A DNA stretch of 64,000 nt, taken from positions 7,061-71,060 of the forward strand of contig JASJBF010000007.1 in the NCBI GenBank assembly GCA_030066685.1, read 5' to 3'. The position numbers were made by a program, and so were the translations under genes. Position 1 is the stretch's first letter. Each line of letters starts with the position of its first letter. The notes beneath the pieces were generated by a model that made no database searches, was not told the origin of the DNA, and saw only the letters and a list, made by a program, of their open reading frames with translations. Origin of the DNA: Kiloniellales bacterium (GTDB taxonomy: Bacteria > Pseudomonadota > Alphaproteobacteria > Kiloniellales > JAKSBE01). Shown one piece after another: positions 9,841-18,021 of this stretch.

Positions 9841-10383
9841 CTATTGCTTATCGACGACGCGGATCTTGCCGACCATGGTGTGATGGCCGACGCCGCAGAA
9901 CTCGTTGCACACGACGAAGAAGTCCCCCGCCTCGTTCGGCGTGATGGTCAGCACCATCTCGTAGTCCGGATGGACCTGGAGGTTGATGTTGGTCGGCTGC
10001 AGGGAGAAGCCGTGCTGCCAGTCCATCGAGGAGAGGTGCAGGCGGTAGCTCTGATCCTTCTCGAGCTCGAGGACCGGCCACCACTCCCAAAGCCGGGAGA
10101 TCATGTAGACGTCGCTGCCCGGCGGTGGATGGACCACGGGCACGCCGGTGTCGCCCTCCTCGCCGACCTGGTACCGCTCGACCATCGCCTCGGTCTTCTC
10201 GGCGAAGGCGTCGGGCGTGATCCGGTAGGCCTCGTTGGAGAGGTTCTGCTCGCCCTCCAGGTGCCAGTAGATCATCGCGAAGAACATCACCAGGCCCCAG
10301 AGGAAGGCGATGGAGATCCAGATGATCTCCATGCGGTGCAGGGGCTCGGACCACCAGTTGCCCTTGACAGGTTGAATCGCCAT
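9841..10383 (-). CDS. heme-copper oxidase subunit II with CuA cupredoxin domain
   Basis: 180 aa. One N-terminal TM. WQHGFSL...CNEFCGVGHHTM gives a complete CuA ligand set (H, C-x3-C-x3-H-x2-M). Confidence 0.85.
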   Translation of the reverse strand: MAIQPVKGNWWSEPLHRMEIIWISIAFLWGLVMFFAMIYWHLEGEQNLSNEAYRITPDAFAEKTEAMVERYQVGEEGDTGVPVVHPPPGSDVYMISRLWEWWPVLELEKDQSYRLHLSSMDWQHGFSLQPTNINLQVHPDYEMVLTITPNEAGDFFVVCNEFCGVGHHTMVGKIRVVDKQ

Positions 10384-10398
10384 GGCTGTCCGCTCCCG

Positions 10399-10593
10399 CT
10401 ATTCCGCGATGGGAATCTGGATCACTTCCATGATTCCCCAGATCAGATAGAAGACCGTCGGCATCACGACGCCGAGGAACAGCAAGAGGAAGGGGTTGTC
10501 CAAGAGGCGCTGCATGGCCGGAACGCGGCCGCTTGGCGCCGCGCCCTCCGCCTCTGGCTGGGTCTGACCGGAGTCCGAATCTGATGTCGACAT
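10399..10593 (-). CDS. small single-TM protein, first gene of the oxidase-like operon
   Basis: 64 aa from MSTSDSDSG. Hydrophobic LLDNPFLLLFLGVVMPTVFYLIWGIM. The longer start at 10668 would leave only 27 nt to the FNR box. Confidence 0.5.
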   Translation of the reverse strand: MSTSDSDSGQTQPEAEGAAPSGRVPAMQRLLDNPFLLLFLGVVMPTVFYLIWGIMEVIQIPIAE

Positions 10594-10694
10594 GAGCGTT
10601 CCCCTTGAGGCGAGCGTTTCGCGCGGCCGGAGGTCTTTACAGGCCGCCTCCGACTCCATCGTGCCCAATAGTGTTCGACGCCCTGCGCGCGTCC

Positions 10695-10708
10695 TTGACT
10701 TTCATCAA
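10695..10708. promoter_or_regulatory. FNR/NNR-type box TTGAC-TTTC-ATCAA upstream of the oxidase-like operon
   Basis: 9/10 match, centred about 108 nt upstream of the ATG at 10593 on the minus strand. Confidence 0.7.
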
Positions 10709-10732
10709 GGTCCGCAGGCGCTGCGGATCCGG

Positions 10733-10915
10733 CTATCCGCCTGCGAGAGTCCGGATCACGGAGAAGCTGACCAGCAGGGACACCAGCAGGATGGCGAAGA
10801 AGACCACGCTGCGCTGCTCGAAGCGCCGCCCCGCCATGGTCTCCAGGCGCCGCAGCGTCCAGTCGGAGAAGAAGTAGAGCACCACCGCGACGGCAGCGAG
10901 GGCGAGCAGCTCCAT
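10733..10915 (-). CDS. small two-TM membrane protein
   Basis: 60 aa, MELLALAAVAVVLYFF...VVFFAILLVSLLVSF. Starts 15 nt after the SCO stop. Confidence 0.45.
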   Translation of the reverse strand: MELLALAAVAVVLYFFSDWTLRRLETMAGRRFEQRSVVFFAILLVSLLVSFSVIRTLAGG

Positions 10916-10930
10916 CTCCGCGGGCCTCGA

Positions 10931-11593
10931 TCAGCCCCCGGCGTTCTCCGCCGCCGAAACGGTTTCGCCACCATCCGAGGTCTGCGGGTCGAGGAAGCCG
11001 CCGAGCTTGGCCGCCAGGATCTCCGGGCTCTCGTCGTGCTTCAGATAGGTCAAGGTCCGGCCATCGGGACCGATCAGGTAGATGTAGGCGCTGTGATCGA
11101 CCAGGTAGTCCGCCTCGTCCGTGCCCACCTTGGCGTAGTAGACCCGGTAGTCCCGCGCCACCTTGCGGATCTGCTCGGGACTGCCGGTCAATCCGACGAG
11201 CCGGGGATGGAAGGCCGCGACGTAGTCGGCAAGGACTTCGGGCGTGTCGCGCTCGGGATCGATGGTCACGAAGAGCGGCTGCAGCGCCGCCGCCCGCTCC
11301 CCCAGGAGGTCGAGGGCCGAGGCCAGCGACGCCAAGGTGGTCGGGCAGACGTCGGGACAGAAGGTGTAGCCGAAGACCAGCACGAGGTGTTTGCCGGGGA
11401 AAGCCGTCTCGCTGCTGGGCTGGCCCTGATGGTCAATGAGCGAAAAGCCGCCGCCCGGAATCACCGCCTGGGCCGGGGCGACGGAGGCGACCTCGGGGGC
11501 GGACCGGTCCCGACCCGCCGTCAGCCACAGCCATTCGCCCAGGAGAACGGCGCCGATCAGCAACGTGACGAAGAGAACCCGCTTGAATCTCAT
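10931..11593 (-). CDS. SCO1/SenC-family copper chaperone (second copy)
   Basis: 220 aa from MRFKRVLFVTLLIGAVLL. FGYTFCPDVCP CxxxC motif and DHSAYIYLIGPDG typical of SCO1. Confidence 0.8.
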   Translation of the reverse strand: MRFKRVLFVTLLIGAVLLGEWLWLTAGRDRSAPEVASVAPAQAVIPGGGFSLIDHQGQPSSETAFPGKHLVLVFGYTFCPDVCPTTLASLASALDLLGERAAALQPLFVTIDPERDTPEVLADYVAAFHPRLVGLTGSPEQIRKVARDYRVYYAKVGTDEADYLVDHSAYIYLIGPDGRTLTYLKHDESPEILAAKLGGFLDPQTSDGGETVSAAENAGG

Positions 11594-11658
11594 TGGCCTC
11601 GGCCTCCAAGGGTGACCCGTCCTTGCGACAGGGCTACGTCGGTCCGGGCCGGCGGGCC

Positions 11659-11672
11659 TTGACTTCAATCAA
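11659..11672. promoter_or_regulatory. FNR/NNR-type box TTGAC-TTCA-ATCAA upstream of the second sco gene
   Basis: 9/10 match. Overlaps the nnrS stop codon. Centred about 72 nt upstream of the ATG at 11593. Confidence 0.7.
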
Positions 11673-12859
11673 GCGTCCTCGGCGGCCCCCGGCCGGCGAC
11701 GACGTAGCAGCATCGGCCCGTAGACCAGCACGAAGCCCAGGAAGCCGCCGGACCAGAGCAGGCCCGAGGAAATCACCACCGCCGTCTGGTCGAGCGGCAG
11801 CCAGGGCGCCGCGACGCGCAGGACCGCGGCGATCAGGACCAGGGCGTAGATCACCTGGGTCCCCGGGCCGGCGGTCAGCGGCCGGCCGGTGTGGCCGAGC
11901 GTGGCGCGGGTCATGATCGCCAGGGTCATGAGGCCGACGGCGCCGGCGGTCAGGGCGTGAAGGCCGGCGCTCCCAGAGACCGCCTCGGGGCGAAGCGCGG
12001 CCAGGCCCAGCAGGGCCAGCCCCACCGGCAGCCAGGCGAAGCCGAGGTGGAGGACCAGCACCAGCGGCTCGGCCAGGCTGCGCCAACCGCGCCAGCGCAA
12101 CAGCCGCAGCAGTTGGAGCAGGCCCGCTGCGATCAGGAGCAGGCCGGCGGGCCGTCCCTCGGGGTCCGGAACCCAGGCCAGCAGGGCGAGCGCGGTCACC
12201 GCCAGGCTGGCCTGGTCGAAGCGGCCGAAGGGCCGCGGCAGCTTCGCCTCGCCGCGCTTCGCCAGCCAGTTGCGGGTGAAGCTCGGGACCACGCGGCCGC
12301 CGACCAGGGCGATGAGCAGGGCGGCGATCCCGACCCCGCCGCGCAGGAAACCCGCCGGGTCGCCTTCCGCGGCGAGGAGGTGGAAGCCAATGTTCGCGGC
12401 GGCGAAACAGGTCACCAGCAGGCAAATCGGCAGGTTGCGCAGGTTGCGCCCGGCCCAGATCTCGCGCCAGACCACCGCCGCCAGAACGACGAGGAAGAGA
12501 ACGTCGAGCAGCGGCGCGACCGGCCCGAGGGCGAGGCCGGGCGCCTGCGCCAGGCGGCCGAGCAGCCACAGCGCGAAGAGGCCGGCCAAAGGCCGCCCGG
12601 AGATCGGCAGGCGGCCGGTCCAGTTGGGCACGGCGGTCAGCAGAAAGCCCGCCAGGACCGCGGCGAGATAGCCGAAGAGCATCTCGTGCGCGTGCCAGTG
12701 CGACGGGGCAATCGTCAGGCCTAGATCGACACGGCCCGAGAAGATCAGCAGCCACAGCGGCAGCGCCAGGACGGCATGCAGCGCCGCCGCCAGGAAGAAG
12801 GGACGGAAGCCCTCGGCAAAGAGGACTGCACCGTCATAGCGCCCGACATCGCTCTGCAT
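11669..12859 (-). CDS. nnrS: NnrS-family heme-copper membrane protein
   Basis: 396 aa from MQSDVGRYDGAVLFAEGFRPFFL. SHWHAHEMLFGY and NWTGR motifs, about 12 TM. Confidence 0.85.
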   Translation of the reverse strand: MQSDVGRYDGAVLFAEGFRPFFLAAALHAVLALPLWLLIFSGRVDLGLTIAPSHWHAHEMLFGYLAAVLAGFLLTAVPNWTGRLPISGRPLAGLFALWLLGRLAQAPGLALGPVAPLLDVLFLVVLAAVVWREIWAGRNLRNLPICLLVTCFAAANIGFHLLAAEGDPAGFLRGGVGIAALLIALVGGRVVPSFTRNWLAKRGEAKLPRPFGRFDQASLAVTALALLAWVPDPEGRPAGLLLIAAGLLQLLRLLRWRGWRSLAEPLVLVLHLGFAWLPVGLALLGLAALRPEAVSGSAGLHALTAGAVGLMTLAIMTRATLGHTGRPLTAGPGTQVIYALVLIAAVLRVAAPWLPLDQTAVVISSGLLWSGGFLGFVLVYGPMLLRRRRPGAAEDA

Positions 12860-12971
12860 CTTCGCCGAAGGCTCGCGTCTCTGGTCCGGGCGGACCGGCA
12901 GCAATCCGGCCGTCTCCGGGGCTGCCGAGATCCTTCGGCTCCGAGCGGGCCAGAAAGCGCCCTGCCGGGCC

Positions 12972-12985
12972 ATGACGAAAGTCAA
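12972..12985. promoter_or_regulatory. degenerate FNR/NNR-like box ATGAC-GAAA-GTCAA upstream of nnrS
   Basis: 8/10 match, about 120 nt upstream of the preferred nnrS ATG (12859). Would be inside the CDS if the longer start were used. Confidence 0.4.
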
Positions 12986-13160
12986 GCTGCCGGGGCCATC
13001 CCGAGAGCGCCGTTGCGGTGTGCGGCTTGACGATCGCGCTCGAATTCAGGCCATCTGTTAGCGGCAATGAGTTGCCGACTCGGGCGATGGCGCAGCAGAG
13101 ATCCCAGCGCACCTGGCCGGCGAAGCGGCGTGAACCGGGGAACCACGGGCAAGTGTCACC

Positions 13161-15368
13161 GTGACCGACAGGGCCGATCAGGGCGCGGGCAGCGCGACGG
13201 AGTCCCGGCCGGGACGCAGGCCGAGTCGATTCCAGATGATCCTGATCGCACTGCTCGGCGGGGTGCTTTGCGGGCTTTTCCTCGGCGACTATGCCGGAGC
13301 GCTGAGGAACGTCGGCGAGGTCTACGTGGGCCTGCTGCAGATGACGGTCCTGCCCTATATCGTCTTCTCGCTGATCGCCAGCATCGGGCGCCTTTCGGCG
13401 ACCCAGGGCAAGCGCTTGGCCCTGGTTTCGATCTCCGTGCTGGCCGCCCTCTGGGCCATCGGCGCGCTCACGGTCTTCTTCATATCCTTTTCGCTGCCGT
13501 CCCGAGTGACGGGCGCCTTCTTCAGCACCCATCTGATCGAACAGCCGGAGGCGGTCGACTTCATCCGGCTCTTCGTCCCGAGCAATCCCTTCCATTCCCT
13601 GGCGAACAACATCGCCCCGGCGGTGGTGATCTTCTGCCTGCTGTTCGGCATCGCGCTGATCACGGTCAGGAGCAAGGAGGCTTTGCTCGAGCACTTCGAT
13701 GTCATCCTCGCGACCTTGATCCGGGTCAACGGCTTCGTCGTCGCCCTGAGCCCGATCGGGATCTTCGCGATCGCGGCCACAGCCGCGGGAACCTTGAGCT
13801 TTGAGGAGGTCGGCCGCCTTCAGGCCTATCTGCTGACCTTCGGCTTCAGTGCCGTCCTTCTGACCTTCGTGGTCCTGCCGATGCTGATCGCCGCCTTCAC
13901 GCCCTTCACCTACAGGGACATCCTGGGCGTCTCGAAGAATGCACTGGTCACCGTCTTCGTGGTCCAGAGCCTTTTCGTGATCATCCCGATGCTGGCGGAG
14001 GGCGTGCGCGAGCTGATCGAGAAGTACCGCAAGGAAGGCGTTGAACCCGAGATGCGCCCGGAATTCGTGATTCCCCTCGCCTACCCCTTCCCGCATCTCG
14101 GCAAGGTGCTGACGCTCGTTTTCATTCCCTTTGCCGCCTGGTTCTATGGCAGCCCCATGGTCCTGGCGGACTATCCCGCCATCATCGGCACGGGCTTGGT
14201 CCTTTCATTCGGCAAGGTCGTGACGACGATTCCCTTTCTCCTTCACATGCAGGAACTGCCGGCGGACATCTTCCAGCTCTTCCTGCTGTCCAGCGTTTTC
14301 GCCGGCGGTCTGAGCGACCTGGTCGGCGCCATGCACCTCCTGGCCTTCACGACCCTGACCACCTGCGCGATCACCGGTCTGATCCGAGTCAGGAAAACGA
14401 AGCTTTTCGCGCTGATGATCCTCACGGCCGTCATCAGCAGTTCCATGATCTTCGGGACGCGCGCAATCCTGACCAGCGGCCCGGATGGCACCGACAGCAA
14501 GGCTGAGGTCGTCTTGAGCATGCATCTCATGCAGCCGATGGCGCAGGCCCGGATTCTGGAAACCGCGGCGCCCAACCCTGTTCCTCTCCTGCCGGGTCAA
14601 TCGAGGATCGATCGAATCCGCGAGCAGGGCGTCATTCGCATAGGCGTCAATGCGGGCGACCTTCCCTTCGCCTTCTACAATTCCAAGGGCGATCTCGTGG
14701 GGCTCGACATCGACATGGCGCATCGCCTGGCCAGCGATCTCGAAGTCCGCATCGACTTCGTGCCCTTTTCCGCCTCGACCCTTGCCGAGCAACTGGCGGC
14801 GGACCACTTCGACCTCGCCACCTCTGCACTCCCGGCGACCACGCGGCAATCGCTCAAGCATTCCCTGAGTAAACCCGTCATGGAGTACACGCTGGCGCTC
14901 GTCGTGCCCGAGCGTGTCAAGGCAGATTTCTCGGACCTCGAGACCATTCGAAGTCGCGGCGCCTTCACTCTCGGCGTCGGGGCGGGCAACGTCTTCGCCC
15001 ATCAGATCCTCGAGCGCTTCCCGAAAGCCAAAGTCGTCGAGCTGGAGTCCGAGACCGAGTTCTTCGAAGGTCAGAGGAGGGATCTGGACGCGCTCTTGAC
15101 CAGCGCGGAGGGAGGCTCGGCCTGGACTCTGATCCAGCCATTCTACGCGGTGGTCAATCCGTTTCCTCGACCTCAGAGACTGCCGGCGGCCTTTCCCTTC
15201 GCCGGGCCGGACCCGCGTTTCGAGCGCTTGCTCAACCACTGGATCGAGCTGCAGCAGACGAATGGTACGGTTCAAGAGCTCTTCGACCACTGGATCCTGG
15301 GCCGCGGTTCCGAGGCGAGAGGGCCGCGCTGGAGCGTCATTCGCGACGTCCTCCACTGGGTCGATTAG
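13161..15368 (+). CDS. fusion of a dicarboxylate/amino acid:cation symporter (DAACS/GltP-like) with a C-terminal family-3 periplasmic solute-binding domain
   Basis: 735 aa (GTG at 13161; alternative ATG at 13236). N-terminal part has LLQMTVLPYIVFSLIASIGRL and about 8 hydrophobic segments. C-terminal part has GVIRIGVNAGDLPFAFYNSKGDLVGLDIDMAHRLASDL, typical of SBP_bac_3. Confidence 0.65.
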   Translation: MTDRADQGAGSATESRPGRRPSRFQMILIALLGGVLCGLFLGDYAGALRNVGEVYVGLLQMTVLPYIVFSLIASIGRLSATQGKRLALVSISVLAALWAIGALTVFFISFSLPSRVTGAFFSTHLIEQPEAVDFIRLFVPSNPFHSLANNIAPAVVIFCLLFGIALITVRSKEALLEHFDVILATLIRVNGFVVALSPIGIFAIAATAAGTLSFEEVGRLQAYLLTFGFSAVLLTFVVLPMLIAAFTPFTYRDILGVSKNALVTVFVVQSLFVIIPMLAEGVRELIEKYRKEGVEPEMRPEFVIPLAYPFPHLGKVLTLVFIPFAAWFYGSPMVLADYPAIIGTGLVLSFGKVVTTIPFLLHMQELPADIFQLFLLSSVFAGGLSDLVGAMHLLAFTTLTTCAITGLIRVRKTKLFALMILTAVISSSMIFGTRAILTSGPDGTDSKAEVVLSMHLMQPMAQARILETAAPNPVPLLPGQSRIDRIREQGVIRIGVNAGDLPFAFYNSKGDLVGLDIDMAHRLASDLEVRIDFVPFSASTLAEQLAADHFDLATSALPATTRQSLKHSLSKPVMEYTLALVVPERVKADFSDLETIRSRGAFTLGVGAGNVFAHQILERFPKAKVVELESETEFFEGQRRDLDALLTSAEGGSAWTLIQPFYAVVNPFPRPQRLPAAFPFAGPDPRFERLLNHWIELQQTNGTVQELFDHWILGRGSEARGPRWSVIRDVLHWVD

Positions 15369-16717
15369 GACCTGCCGGCCGGCTGGGTCATCTCGGCAAA
15401 GCGGCGGCCGGCATAGCGTGCGGCGAAGATCCAGACCAGGATCAACGGCACGGTGATGGCGCTCAGCCAGCGGATCGTTTCGAAGTCCGTAAAGACCGCG
15501 GTGACGCCCAGGCTGATCCAAACCGCGAGAGCCTTGGCGAAGCGCTGGAGGAACATGTCGATGAAGGCCTTGGCCTTGTATTTCTCGTCCTTGGTCGTCG
15601 GAACGTAGAGGGATTCCTTGGCCGATTGGTTAATCGAGTAGCTGAAGCCGTTGTCGGCGGTGTTCAGCAAGCTGCCCATCCAGAGAATCGGAATGACCAT
15701 GAAGCCGGCCGAGCCGCCCAGGATGGCAATCGGCAGGACCAGCAGCGCGATCCCCACGCCGAGACGAGTCATAATCAGGCTGGTCAGAAAAAGCTGGACC
15801 AGAAATGCGACGCTGTTGGTGATTGCGAAGACGGTCGCGAACTGGGCACCGATCGCCGGGCCTTGCAGGTAGTGCGCGACGGTGCTGGTGAATTGGAAGT
15901 CGAGGATGGTCGAGACGATTTCATAGATCCCGACGATCGCGACAATTGCGAGAAGATAGGGAGAGCGGAAGACCAGCTTGGCGCCCTCAAGCGCCGGGTT
16001 GCCGCCCTTGTTCAGTCCGGGGTTCGCGGCCGTTGGGTGCGGTTCCGGCTCCGGCCGAAGCTCGGTCGCCTCCAAGCGCGCCACCAATCGGCCGGCGGCA
16101 AAGGCCACCAGCAGGATTGCCAGGCCGACGCCGAATGTGATCCAGAGCCAGCCCACGTTGTCAACGCTGCCGATGAAGCGCGCCACGACCATTGACCCGA
16201 CAACCCCGCCGGTCACCCCGCCGAGCCCGACCAGGCCGTAGAGGCGCTTGGCGGCATCGGGCGTCACGCTGTCGTTCAGAAATGCGAAGAACGTCGCCAC
16301 CATCAGGGTCGAGAAGAGATCGCCGAAGAGGTAGAAGCTCCAGACCGTGAGATCGCCCGGCTCATTGATCACCAACGTGTAGGCGACGTAGCTCGCCAGG
16401 ATGAAGCCGGTGAAGATGAAGGTGAGCTGCTGCCTGCGGTAGCTGTTGGCCAGCCAGGAGAACACCACAACAGCCACAAAGGCTACGATCATGTTCAACT
16501 GCTTGGCGAGCAACTCAGCCTGAGATGCCGTCAGCAGCAAGCCCAGCAGATCGAAGCCGCCTTCGTCGTAAAACTCAATGAAGAGCGACTTCTTGATCGG
16601 CTTGAGGATCCAGAAGCTGGTGATGACCAGAAAGAAATAGGTGAACATCAGGAGCGCAAAGGGCAGCTCCGAGCGCTTGACGGTGAAAATTGCCTTGAAG
16701 GGGTTGTTCGTGGTCAT
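15365..16717 (-). CDS. TLC/Npt-like nucleotide transporter family MFS protein (tentative)
   Basis: 450 aa, about 12 TM. The N-terminus FALLMFTYFFLVITSFWILKPIKKSLF resembles ATP/ADP-translocase-like carriers. Lower G+C and A/T-rich codons. Confidence 0.5.
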   Translation of the reverse strand: MTTNNPFKAIFTVKRSELPFALLMFTYFFLVITSFWILKPIKKSLFIEFYDEGGFDLLGLLLTASQAELLAKQLNMIVAFVAVVVFSWLANSYRRQQLTFIFTGFILASYVAYTLVINEPGDLTVWSFYLFGDLFSTLMVATFFAFLNDSVTPDAAKRLYGLVGLGGVTGGVVGSMVVARFIGSVDNVGWLWITFGVGLAILLVAFAAGRLVARLEATELRPEPEPHPTAANPGLNKGGNPALEGAKLVFRSPYLLAIVAIVGIYEIVSTILDFQFTSTVAHYLQGPAIGAQFATVFAITNSVAFLVQLFLTSLIMTRLGVGIALLVLPIAILGGSAGFMVIPILWMGSLLNTADNGFSYSINQSAKESLYVPTTKDEKYKAKAFIDMFLQRFAKALAVWISLGVTAVFTDFETIRWLSAITVPLILVWIFAARYAGRRFAEMTQPAGRS

Positions 16718-16732
16718 TGGAGCTGACCGACG

Positions 16733-17827
16733 CTAGAAGAGCGCGATCTCGCCGGCATCGACCCGCGCGAGCAGATCCTGCATGCGCCGCCAGACGGCGT
16801 CGATCTCGAACCGGGCCAGGCCGAGCTGAACCACCCCGCCGGTGATCCGCACGGCGTCGTTCGGGGAAAGGTTCTCGCCGGGCGTCACCGAGACGAAGAC
16901 GCCGCGCCTGTCCTTTTCCAGCTGAAGGAGGACGCCGAGGCGATCGAGATCCTCCCGGCGCAGGCTGCGCAGGCGCTCGATCGAGTCCCGGCGCAGGGCC
17001 GGCACAAAGATCCTTTTCCAATCGTGCAGGAAGGGATTGCTGATGAAGGAGTTGAAGGTGATGTCGTTGTCGACGGAGAAGATCTGGCGCCGGTCCGGCT
17101 CCTTCGAAATCAGGAAGTTGCTCTCTTTGGCGTCGGCGAAATCGCTGAGGTAGGTGAAGAGGTTGAAGTTGGCCAGGTAGTAGGCGTAGGTCGGGTCCGA
17201 CACGAAGCGCGCCTCGTCGTAGTAGTCGTCGCTGACCGTCACGTCCTTGAGCCAGATATTGAGAAAGCCCAGAACGCAGACCGAGCCCGGCAAGGTCGGT
17301 CGCTTCGGCACAACGGTATCGCGCCGGTACGTCGAAAGTGGGGCACAGTAGGCCAGACTCGTCGGCACCACGTAGTCTTCCGGATCCAGGAAGAGCTTCT
17401 GCAGCTCGTAGGCTGCGAACTGCCGGCGCGGGCTGTCGTTGTACTCATCCAGGGTTCCGCGCGGCATCTCCTTCCATTTGAAGCTGATGTCGATCGTGGC
17501 GCCCGAGTCATCGGCGAAACCGATCTCGACCGAACGCGCGCCCGAGGTGCCGTAGGCAGTGCGCTCATCGGCTACGACCTTGAAGTCGCCAGACTTGAGC
17601 GTCTCCAATAGTCGAGTCTCTATGACGTCCGGCGGGTAGGGCCAGTTTGGGAACTTACTCGCTTCGTCTGGCCGTTGGGCGGACTCGAACTGCAACGGCA
17701 TGCCGGTGTTCTTGGGGAGGCTCGTGCATCCGGACAGGCCGAGCACCAGCCCGACAAGCGTCCCGCCAAGGAGCGCCCCTGCCTTTGGAACCTCGTTGCC
17801 GAGTCTTGCAATGGTCTCGAAAGCCAT
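16733..17827 (-). CDS. lipoprotein of unknown function
   Basis: 364 aa. Lipobox LVLGLSGC. No motif I can assign. Co-directional with the transporter, 15 nt apart. Confidence 0.6.
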   Translation of the reverse strand: MAFETIARLGNEVPKAGALLGGTLVGLVLGLSGCTSLPKNTGMPLQFESAQRPDEASKFPNWPYPPDVIETRLLETLKSGDFKVVADERTAYGTSGARSVEIGFADDSGATIDISFKWKEMPRGTLDEYNDSPRRQFAAYELQKLFLDPEDYVVPTSLAYCAPLSTYRRDTVVPKRPTLPGSVCVLGFLNIWLKDVTVSDDYYDEARFVSDPTYAYYLANFNLFTYLSDFADAKESNFLISKEPDRRQIFSVDNDITFNSFISNPFLHDWKRIFVPALRRDSIERLRSLRREDLDRLGVLLQLEKDRRGVFVSVTPGENLSPNDAVRITGGVVQLGLARFEIDAVWRRMQDLLARVDAGEIALF

Positions 17828-18021
17828 TCAGCCCCCCTTTTTCCTATACTTAGCGCAATTTGGCTGAGGGGGTAAGGCTGGTCTGAGCCTGGCCGATCGT
17901 CGGCGCCTGCTCTTCGTCGGCGTGGTCGACGGCGGCAAGGACGCCGCAGCGGACGTCGCCGCTCGGAAGCACCGGATCCTGCCGGTGCGGGCAGGCGGCC
18001 TGGGTCGCCGAAGCCTCGAGC

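Noticed and set aside
10399-10668. Longer 89-aa version of the first small ORF of the oxidase-like operon.
   Set aside because: The upstream Met would leave 27 nt between the FNR box and the start, and the added residues are non-hydrophobic filler. The start at 10593 is preferred.
11669-12985. Longer 438-aa version of nnrS.
   Set aside because: The extension is Arg/Pro-rich, would bury the candidate NNR box in coding sequence, and NnrS proteins normally begin about 15-20 aa before FRPFF.
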